Shown here: positions 36,524 through 47,311 of the stretch, in pieces
Numbering within the stretch: position 1 is the stretch's first letter
Layout of the letters: each line of letters opens with the position of its first letter
Assembly (NCBI GenBank): GCA_009103225.1
Contig: RHPI01002090.1
Coordinates: 579,311 to 643,310, forward strand
Direction of reading: 5' to 3'
Length of the DNA: 64,000 nucleotides
Source of the DNA: Chlorokybus atmophyticus
Taxonomy: Eukaryota > Plantae > Mesostigma and Chlorokybus algae
The notes under the pieces: generated by a model
Told to the model about the DNA's origin: nothing
Database searches by the model: none
What the model saw: the letters and a program-made list of their open reading frames with translations, nothing else
Translations under genes and position numbers: made by a program

Positions 36524-38348
36524 ATGCCAATGGCCCTGGATCAGCAGGACGGCACGATGCTTTACCAAGGCGGGCCTGACAGCGAGGACGACGACAGAGT
36601 GCGACGCTACTTGCAGCGCATTGGGTGAGTGAGCACTGACTCATCGTGTGCCTGCATGTAGGCTTACAGTTGCCAGCTGCCTGCTGTCACTGGTTCAAGC
36701 AATGTGATGTAGACAAGTTCATCATGCAGTGTCGTTTTGGAACTGTTCTGAGCAGTTGTGCAGCTACTCAGCCCTGACACCGCAGTTCTTGCATGATGGC
36801 TTTTGCAAGCGCTGTGTCAGTACACTGCTGTCCAAGATGCCTTTCGGGGTTGAACTAACAGAACAAACCACACTTTCGTTTGATCTACTGTCACGCTTGT
36901 AATCAAGCCCGGTCTTGTTTCAGGTGCGTGGACCTGGACCCTAAAGGCGTGCGAGCATTGAACAATCCAGCCAATGTCAACAGCAACGGAAGTCTTGATG
37001 GCATGAAGGTCGGCGATGAGAACGCGAGCTTGCGGCTGTTGGCACGACTACACTCCTCCCACCAGCTCACGGTACCCTTTGAAAACTTCAGGCGAGTAAG
37101 CATGCTTACACTGCTTCGTGTGCCATGCGTGTTAGCGTGTGTGAGTCGCACATCCGAACAGCATATGCAGTGCTTTGCTCGGTTGAAGTTGTTGAATGCT
37201 GATATGTGTGATTCGTCTCCAGTGTGCATTTGGGCGAGCCCATTAGCATGCAGGAGGATGCTGTGTTTGACAAAGTTGTGAGTCATCGCCGCGGTGGCTT
37301 CTGTTTTGAGGTAGGTGAGCATCAGTTCAGTTATGCTACATCATACTATTGGTAGATATTGCTGTTCTTCCCACAGGTTCTCTTGTGTTTGTTTCCAGTT
37401 GAACACAGCGTTTGCATGGTTGCTGTGGAGGCTTGGATACAGGGTCACATACCTATCTGGCGGCGTGTACTCCACCAACCAGAGTGGTCTGCCTGTTGAC
37501 TTTGACCATGTGAGCTGGTTATGTCCGTATACTTTTCTACGCACATTTGACAAATGTGGATTTCTCCTTGATGACCTGCATGCGCATCAGATGATCTTGT
37601 TGGTTCGAGTGCGTGATCGGCGTATTCTATGTGATGTTGGATTTGGAAACAACTTTGAGGAGCCACTTGATATAGATACTGAAGCGGTCCAGGTAAAGAA
37701 AAGTTTGCAATCACTGGTTACACGGCATCACTCGGAGCATTAAACGAAAAAGCAGTACTTGTTGACAGGTGCAGGGGCGAGCGAAACACCGCGTGGTGCA
37801 AGACAAGCCTGGCGAAGTGCATGCTGATCCCTCCTCAGTTTACAAGTGGCAGTACCATGGCGACACAGGTGGTGACCAGCCTGAAGGCGCAGCTTGTTGG
37901 CGCAGTGGCTACTGGTTCTCACTGCAAGAGCGCCAGCCATCACAGTACTCGCAAGTAAGAGCTACACTTGCATTGTATGTGATTGAACCTTGCATGGATC
38001 AGCGTTGATCGGATATCATCTTTGAGCGTACTGCTGCGTCAACAGTGTCATCTTTGTGCAACGCACAAGCATGGGAGGTGGGGGTTAAGCGCTTCCAAAC
38101 CCATGAACATTGATGCTGCTCAGATGCTTCTTTTTCATATGGCGTCCATATCTTCATCCATGGTGAAGCGCGGGCGCATGGCAAGCATCAGGCGTCACGG
38201 AGCTCGCGAGGATGGTGTGGAGCGCGTGACCGTGTCGGAGCGTAAAGTGACCACCACCACGTGGGGCCTTCGCGTGACGGTGTGTTGGTGCGGGTGCAAA
38301 GTGATGCGCATGATCACTTGGTCACCAGTTTGGGGAGCGATGTTGTAA
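36524..38348 (+). CDS. Arylamine N-acetyltransferase family protein, 7 exons
   Basis: RRYLQRIG, HQLTVPFEN, RRGGFCFE|LN (catalytic Cys), DFDH|MILLV (His) and CDVGFG (Asp). GT-AG introns. Confidence 0.93.
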
Positions 38349-38421
38349 TGCCGTAACTGTACAGGAAGGTGAGCTTGCACCTGGCCAGCGTTTTACCTCT
38401 GCCATCAAAGACTATTTCAGC

Positions 38422-39452
38422 ATGGATGTACCGGACCTCATCATCAGAGACATGCAGCCCTCCGACAATAAGGTATTGCACTTTTTAATTGCTTTAACTA
38501 AGCTTGTTGCTATGAAAAAAAAAAAAAAAAGAATTAGAGACGTGCAAGTAACTCAACTCAAGCAAGCATGCCCATGTCGTGTGGTTGATGAAGGCTCTGC
38601 GGCGCATATGGACGAAGCTTCTCCCGAACCAAGCCCGACGATATGCTTCACCCGCCAACACAGCGTTTGTGGCCGCAGGGTTTGTAAGCTACGTTGCTAT
38701 CACTGCCGGTAGGTAAGAGAGATAATGCATTGTTCTTGGGAAGTTGTCTCCATCATCTTCAAATGACACATTCAAGTGTTACATATACACATTTCAGGCG
38801 GCCAGCAGCAGCAGCTGTAGCAATTGTAGCGTTCTCTGCGGTGGCGTGGTTTCTCCCGCGTGTGGTTCTCAGCGAAAGACTCACCGCCAACGTCATCGAC
38901 CCCATGAGAGCCTTGCAGGTGCGTACAACGCTGGTTGCAGTCACACTATGCCTTAGGAGACATCACGTACAGGAGGGGTTTAATGCCATGTGTGCGTGTA
39001 ATGGTGCAGCTGGTGCAAAGCAGGGATGCCTCAGGCACTGGTGAGAGCGAAAGGCGACGAGTGCTGGTAGCAGAACTCGATGGCGAAGTGCAGGGCACTG
39101 TGGCATTGCAGCTTAAAACGAATGCTGAAACAGAAGAGTTGGAATTAGTACGCGGCCAACACCCTGTCCTCATTGTGCACGTTGGCGTAACTTTTGTAAA
39201 TTGGCAGCCTGACTGTAGTGTGTGCTGCAGGTCTGCACCTGGTTGCGGGTGGCGCCAGGAGCTCGCGGCCGCGGCCTTGCGCAAGCATTGATGACAGTAA
39301 CGGAGCGGTGGGGCCGCTGGGAGAAGGCGCTCAGACTAGTTGTTGTCACCCTGAACCCTGCAATTGCGCGCTTCTGCACAAATGCAGGGTTTGCACGCGA
39401 GTCCTGGCAACTTAGCAGGGGCAGGAAACGGCGGTTCAGTAAACAGTTGTAA
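38422..39452 (+). CDS. GNAT-family acetyltransferase (NAT8/camello-like architecture with an internal hydrophobic segment)
   Basis: LIIRDMQPSD, hydrophobic AVAIVAFSAVAWFL, VAELDGEVQGTVAL and acetyl-CoA motif LRVAPGARGRGLAQAL. Exon boundaries are approximate. Confidence 0.8.
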
Positions 39453-42400
39453 CATAGCACGGGTAACTTCTGCACCAGTATGTATGCAGAATGTGCTTGC
39501 GCGGCTTGATTGGCGTGTATACACGTTTGCTTCGTTCAGTTGTCGATGTTGAACATGTGTGGGCAACTTGGCACTGGTAGCTAGAAAGGCGGAACATAGT
39601 CATTTGTTTGGAAACCTTTCAAATGCACACTATGTGTGCAGTGTTGGAGTGGCGTTGTGGTAACATCACCTTATTATACTTTTGCACAACACTTACATGT
39701 ACATTGCTCCTTGTGCATCCATGGTGACCAGTAATGAGGTCAGATGATTGTTATATGTCCGTCAACACCAAAGCTTGTTCTTAGTAATGTAGGCAAGACT
39801 TGAAAACATGCGTGTCATACTCCGTAATAAAGATTCGTTTGCATCGTTGCGCGCAAACTCTTTATAATACAAATTTTCGAGAAATATCTTGACTTGTTTC
39901 TCAACGTCAAGAATATAAAAGTTATGACGTGTCATACATACTGTGTTTAAAGAACATAGGACAAACAATTTACATTGCTATTCACACAGCATGAATGAAT
40001 ATTGCACATGTAAAAAGGCTTGTATGAATTTAATGATGTGTACATTGCTATCAGTTTTAAAAAAGGCGCAAGTTTATAAATATCATCCTTGCATATACAA
40101 CGTTATCCTTTCCAGTGCCACCTATTCATGAATAAGATAATTGATGTTGCTAATTTCACATACACATGGCAGTGTGGAATTCAGCTTGCTTACACCTATA
40201 TCATTGCTAGCAACGGGGAGCTCCCTGTCGAAGAATACAATTGCAATTAAAGGCGAAGGTAGGGGGGAAGGAGGCAATCATGGGGAATAGAACATTGCAA
40301 CTAATTTTTGTTATCAGCAGGATCGCAACCTCAGATTATGCTTGTATTGTATTTGAGAAAATGATAGTTTATACTAGTTAGTTAGTAACCGTAAACGTAA
40401 ATGTGTCCGTAATTGTCATGAGCTAGATCACATAACTCGTAACATCATATGTGATTTTCCTATACATGAAACTTCCTTCATGTAATTGCTCTTGTGATAT
40501 GCTCTGTTGTCGTATAGAGTGCTCTCAATCAACTGATTGAAAGCACTCTGTACGTCAACAGAGCATATTATAGTGCAATAGTGTGCATATTTCACAAATA
40601 CAACAGCATGGTCCTCTATGCGGGGCAACCTTCATGGGTAATTACAGCGATATTGACAATGATGCATATGCGATGTTTAAGCAATTACTCATTGCGTAAC
40701 AATGTTAATAGTGCATATGTTATATCAACATAGGTACACAGTGTATGTACATGTTCTTCGCTCCCTCTGCAAGCACACCCCCTCTTCCTACTCCTCGCAG
40801 CCTTTGTCTATCCGATCTGCTTGCATTACCAGATTTTGCATGAACTTTAGCGCCAGCCCCCTGCTTGTAATTGTTGTATGTAACTACCTACCTTGTGTTA
40901 ATGCTTATGACATGATAACTTGCGTGTGCGTGTGTGCTGTTGAGCGAGTGAATATCTTTCATCTCTTGATGTATATGATGTTTGGTTGTTTGATAGATGT
41001 GGGTGTATGTGTTGATATATACAATAATGTTGCAACATGTTCAGTTGCAAAAAGGACCAAGCGTTCGTGAAGTATACTACCGGTAACATGCTCAACATCT
41101 TCCTTGGACGGCACGCCGTCTACAGGCGATGGCGGTTAGTAAATACAAAGAATTAACGGTAGCAGTTGCCCTAGCCTACCTAATACACGACTTAACACAA
41201 GTAAGTGTTAATACCACATTTTTTAATACCGCAGGTACATCCGGAAGTGAAGGTCGGTCATCGGCTGACCGTGTGTACAACGGTCGGTCCGTCTAAGACT
41301 TAGACTGACCATAGAACATTAACTCCGGCTAACGGAACGGTCTTGGAGGCTACACTTGTCCAATTACATGTTCCTTAATACCTAATCAAGCAATACTCAT
41401 GTCCAAGTTTATACTGTCTCACTTTACAATATTAACTCACATCACATACATTGCAAGGAGTCTACTACATGCTTAAGTGCCTATCACTGAATTGTATGCA
41501 TATATGATATGCATATGTACGAATATAAGAATTTTAATATATATGTGCATATATCAATGCATTTATGATATGTTTATAGCTCAAACAAATTACGCCATGT
41601 ATGCATATTCACTTGATTGCTGGTAACTTTCTTATTGACCCAGTAATTTCTTATAGATGAATCATGATGATTCTAGCATAAATTTACAAGTATTAATATT
41701 ATATACATCCTTGGAGAGATTACATCAATCCTTAACATTAAAATGGTTAAAACACAACAAATGTGACCTTTTACGGTGAGTAACATAAGTATGGATGTTT
41801 GCATATATAAAGCATAATCAAATACTCTAAGCGCGCAAAGCGCGCACGCTTTTTCACATTTTATGTAATAAAGTCATCAGTTATGCCTTTATTTAATCTG
41901 ATGAATCACTCTGCTTATTAAATATTTATCGATAATAAAGTGTGTAACAGAGATGCAAGACTTGACTGCGACTTGCTGCTTTTAGGTGCTTGTCGCTTCA
42001 TAACACACAACTTTCATCAACCGTTGATACACATAATAATGGTATTGTATGCTTAAGTCGTTTATAGTTATTATACATAAGCATTATAAGCTACATTATA
42101 AACACATCCTATGTGTGCGCGTAGCGCGCAAACCCATGCACATCTTACGTGTCTAGACCTCAGATATGTTTTACATTGGCTGCTTCCTTACTAGTTTTTC
42201 GGAGGGTTGACAAGGAAAAAACCTTTTTGTTCTTATGCGCAAAGCGCGTAAACTTTTTGCAAATATTATATATTAAAATGCATCACATTTGCTTTTGAGT
42301 TATCTGATTCTCATACATTTGTAAGCAATATGTTGATGAAATGCATGTATGCAGTCTTGCAAGAGTGAACCACAACTTATCACCATATTTAAATGTGATA

Positions 42401-43448
42401 TTTGATATGTGAATTATACATATTCATCGTATTGATATTGTATTTATTTAAAGCATATTACTTGCTTATATATGTAGTTATGTATATTTGAATATGTACA
42501 TATTGTACAAGCGATATTGGGACAAAAAAGTATTGTTTTGAAGATTGTGCAGAATGCAAGCATATCGTATCAATTCGAAATGCATCGCGTTTTTAGCGTA
42601 CTTGGCAAGTATGGTTATCATGCATGTTTTAGTGAGAAGCAACTTGACCGCGACTGCTTGCTGCCACAAGAAGTTACCGCAATCACGTGCAAATGTTAAT
42701 GTGACATCCCTCGATTGTCAATTAATGTCGTAATACAAGCGGCGGTCATCAGCTGGACAATTCGAACACATTAATTATGTCCACAACAACCTTGCAATCG
42801 GCGCGTGAGTGCACTCGTTGAATACGAGCTTCGTTGCAGAGTTGCTTGTTTTCCTCAAAACTTTGGGGCCCAACGCTGAATTCACTCGAAATTGGGCCCG
42901 AAATCCTCAATATCAACCTATACACGTATCAGGGGCGTTGTACGTGCCTAATAGTAACACAGATCAGGGCGTTGGATGACGGAGTTAGGGACTGCTGAAT
43001 CCGTTTATCCACTTGACGCCTACCCGCCATAGGCTACGCTGGGCGGCCCGCAGCAGGCAACCTTTGACACAACCCTTTGGCGCAATCGGTGCTCTGACAG
43101 TCAGGATAGCGCAGCGTCCACGCTGGCAGGCGCAACAGATGTCACTCCCAGCTGTGATATCAGCACCCGCAAGCGCGCAGCACCTGCCGACATCACGCAC
43201 AGCGCGCCACGTCAGATCTCCACTGCCCACTCACGTCAGCATCCGGATATCGACTCCAGCCGCTTTTTCTTCCCAAGATCTCTGCTGCTGTGACATTAGT
43301 ATCGCAATAACAATTTCCCCGGCAAAAAGCAAGAACGGAGAGACCCATATAAAGTGGCTTGGCTGCCTGCATGGTGTCAGTGTGCTCAACGGCGTGGCTC
43401 CGAAGCGTGGCGGTGTAGTGCACAGAGTGTGTAAAGGTTTGGAACACG

Positions 43449-44701
43449 ATGGCGGCCACGGTTATGGGTCTCCCTGCTCTTTCCCCTGCGGTGAGCACTA
43501 GGGAGATAATGCCGGCGTATGTTGGTGTTGGAGCATGCAATGCCTGCACCCATGCATGCAATGCTTCGGTTGCATAGCTGGGGTTTCAAGCTGCTGGAGG
43601 ACTGCTCAGTGATAGCATCAGTTGTAGGCGCCTGATCAATGTTGCTGACCAACATCTTTTCCCTGTCCTGCAGTCAACTTTGAAGAGCGACTTCCATGGC
43701 ACTTCTCTCCGTGCCAAGCAGGCGTCTCGCCCCCAGGTTCAGGCGGCCGGTCCCCTGCGAGTGACAGCTGCTCAGAACCCTCTCAAGCGACTCTTCAGCA
43801 TCCCCGACGTACGTGATGCTCAGATCTTGCACAGCACTAGCTCGCTTCATGCAGCGCCGCAGTAGTATTACTTGAGCCGTTGACTTATTGGTAGAACGTG
43901 CGTGATCTGTGTGCAGAGACCAAACCCCGGTGCGCGGGTGAAGTCTTCCGACACCAAGGAGAAGAAGGGCAAGGCCGCTGGAGGAGGTGAGCTTCCAACA
44001 CCTTCATGCATATTTAGCTCTCATCTAGCATTGGTTTGTGGAGATGGTTTGCGTGCAAAGGCAGTGTCTTGTAGGCTAATGTCTTCTGTGCATGTCCCAG
44101 GCAGTAACTACACTCAGGTCCCCCCTTACCGCCCTCCCGGCCGTGAGGTTAAGAAGCGTAAGTGGCATTGACAGTTGTGAAGCCTCTTGCAATGCAACGA
44201 CAAAAGTGTCGACAACGTCTGTGGAAGGATTTTTACAATGTGCCTCAATGTACAGAAAAGGCTGCATTCAAGCTGGGTGGCGGCCCCCTGGCTGAGATCC
44301 CCCGCGCTGCAAGATATCCCGGCAACATCCCCGGTGCCCCCTCCAACACCCCCGACCCCACCAACAAGAACTGGAAGGATGCCTCAGGCCGTGCTGGCAC
44401 GGTAATTGTTCAACGTGCAATGTCCACCTTATGTTACTGAAAAACAGTGTTATGCTACGCAAGCAAGTCAGTGGTTTGTCTCCGACACGTCCATTTGTGA
44501 CAGGGCAAGGGTGTGTACCGCTTCCGCAAGAAGTACGATGGCAATGTTGACGAGTACTCCCCTATCTGGACCCCAGAGACATGGTCTGATGGTGGTGAGG
44601 TGTACCAGCCGGGTGTTGCGGGACTGGCGGCTTGGGCTTTAGTGCTTACGGCGGTTCTCAGCTTCGGCGCATATGCCATCATCTCCACCTCGGCTGTTTA
44701 G
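43449..44701 (+). CDS. PSBR: Photosystem II 10 kDa polypeptide PsbR with extended N-terminal region, 6 exons
   Basis: Transit-peptide-like start, then DASGRAGT|GKGVYRFRKKYDGNVDEYSPIWTPETWS...GLAAWA and a C-terminal TM ending TSAV. Confidence 0.92.
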
Positions 44702-45377
44702 ACAGTTGCTGAGATACACATCCCCACCGCCCAATCTAGTTTGCACAACTTGTATGATTTTGTACAGACCCCTCACCGTGTGTAGAGCCTTGGGCCAGTG
44801 TAGTGCTAGATGAAGTTTGTAAGACATTGCTGGCAATGGACTCGCTGGCTTGTATCACCTTGTGACGCAATATCATCACGCTTCCAGCACCTTGGGTCAC
44901 TTGCTTCAGCCTATGTTTATTGCTTGCGGATATTATGCAAGCAGAGTTTGCAGTCTGTAAAATGCGTTTCTAGTCTGTAACATACTTCCGCTGCTGTCGA
45001 TTGGGATTCTGCTCCCTGCAACACCAGGCGTTATTTACACATGCATACACTTCTGCTGCACATATTGTGCATGATGTAAACTTGGTTACTTGGCTGCCAT
45101 TGTTTGCTCCAACAAGTAGACAGTGACACATCAGTGCGATGTGTGATTATGCAGGTGATGTCCGCAGCTGCTGCTTGCCTGCCACAGCAATCCCACTGCC
45201 ACAACTTCTAGAAGAGGCGGAGGAGGGAAGGATGAAAATGGAGTAACTGTCTGCGTGGTATCATGCGTCAATAATACCACCATTGTGATTACTGCCTTTG
45301 TCGAATCATTGACGTCAACTACTTCCGGCAAATTGCTCAGTGACGCCGTTTGCACAGGCGAGGGATGATGACCTTGC

Positions 45378-45767
45378 TGATGCCTTGCTAGGTGCCGAGG
45401 AATCCACATGCCGCCACTGCTTTCAAAGGTAACCTCTTGACTGTCTTCACTAGTCAGCCTGCGAAGTTTATTCACAAACGTGTTTTGCTTGCTACCTCAC
45501 TCAGTGTGCTAGTGTACATGCTGTATGCTTTTGTGTATCATGCAAGTCAGATGTACAGTCTTGCCCACAGTATGATGCCTTGCTAGGTGCCGAGGCATCC
45601 ACATGCCGCCACTGCTTTCAAAGGTAACCTCTTGACTGTCTTCACTAGTCAGCCTGCGAAGTTTATTCACAAACGTGTTTTGCTTGCTACCTCACTCAGT
45701 GTGCTAGTGTACATGCTGTATGCTTTTGTGTATCATGCAAGTCAGATGTACAGTGTTGCCCACAGTA
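45378..45767. repeat. Tandem duplication, 2 x 195 bp
   Basis: Units at 45378 and 45573, two substitutions seen. Confidence 0.96.
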
Positions 45768-46005
45768 CGTAATGCACAATGAATTCATTGCAACATGTCC
45801 CCTTACACGACTTAATAAGACGATCAAGTTGAAGTCCAAACAAGAATACCGAACTTATCAGCTTGTATTGTGTAACAATTGGGAAACGTGGATAACATCT
45901 GCAATCATGCAATGTTTGCATTGTTGAAACATAAACTGGTAGTTGATGTAGTATCACGCAAGCTTGCAACACAATACAAATTGACTTGCATATTGTTCAT
46001 TGGTT

Positions 46006-46690
46006 GAGCCTGATTAAGTTGGTTGGTAAAGGCTCACCAAGCTGAGTCAGCTTAGCTGACACTTAAGTGAACTAAGAGGATGACCACCCACATTAAGACG
46101 GAGACATCACTTGGGCTCAGACTCCTCCGGGAGGCAGAAGTGAGGAATATTGGACAAGGGGAGGAAAGCCGAATTCAGCCTTATGGCATGAGTGATGAAG
46201 GCTATTTTAATCATACAACTCGTTTGTCGGGTGGTAAATAAGTTTCATATTGTGGAGTATAATTGTAAACGACTTTGGCTGATTCATCCGATCTAACCGG
46301 AACGAGAGAGCCAATGATTGACTGATATGACTCGATAAGAGGCCCCACCTTACTTTGTGCCAGCAACCGCATAAAGAGAGGAGGGGTAAGTATTATACGT
46401 AATGACCGGGCGAAACGGCACAAATGTAATCTTTAGAGTTGAATGTGAAACCTTAAAGCTTAACTTTTTAATGGCATTTAATATCGGTAGGCTGCCAGTA
46501 AAGAAAGCAAAGCGAAGTGTCTAGTGAAGTGATAAACCTCACAAGAGTACAAGGAGCACTTAACGTGAAAGCAGCCTCATGAGTCTGTACCGACGCTGAG
46601 GTGCGAAAGCATGGGCAGCAAATAAGAATATATTATCTTCACCACGTTAAACAAAGCAGGCGAGGTCAAAAAGCGGTCAACTTAAAGGTG
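46006..46690 (+). pseudogene. rns: Degenerate mitochondrial SSU rRNA fragment (NUMT)
   Basis: Collinear SSU landmarks: GGTAAAGGCTCACCAAG, AGACTCCTCCGGGAGGCAG, GAATATTGGACAA, GTGCCAGCAACCGC and GACGCTGAGGTGCGAAAGC. The sequence after the 515F site (AAGTATTAT...AATGACCGGGCG...GGCA) fits the plant mitochondrial pattern. Many substitutions. The core is secure to ~46628. Confidence 0.85.
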
Positions 46691-47311
46691 TCCTCTCAGC
46701 TCGTACACTTTGTGTATGCATCAAGTTATATCAGGGGAAGCTTATAATTCCAATTTTACCACAATTTTAACAACTTTTGTGCAACTTATAATCATAATTT
46801 AATTACGTAACGACGTGCGCAAGGTGGCAGTATTTAAAAACGTTCGAGATAATAATATTTACGAAATCGTGCATGTGCAATTGTGCAGTGAATTATTGCA
46901 TTCATGCACTAATTGCAATAACATTTGTGCATGTATGCATATATAGCAAGCAAATGTACTGACTTATCAATGGTTTATGCGCAATACTCTTAAAAACTAT
47001 TATCACCATGTATAACAGTTTTGCAAAGTCACGTAAAGTTGAATATAACATTAAGTAAATATGATCTTAACATTAAATTGGTCGTAAAGCGCTATTTTCC
47101 ATGGCACTTTACCATACAGTAACGACTACGTATGCACACGTTTGATAAGGGTGTCATGCACCTGATGCATGCAACGTGCACATGCGGTGCAATGGACATC
47201 AACCCGAACCCAGATTGCATGCCATGCTGACTGAAACAACTCAGAGCAGGCCAGAGGCGAAGGCGGAGGCACAGGTGGCGCAGAAGGTGCTGCCGTTTGC
47301 TTGCTGCCACC

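Noticed and set aside
40428-40628. VDVQSAFN as a LINE reverse-transcriptase motif
   Set aside because: No downstream QG or YADD motifs; a single short match.
46006-46690. Functional rRNA gene or bacterial contamination
   Set aside because: It is a partial, heavily mutated copy embedded between spliced nuclear genes.
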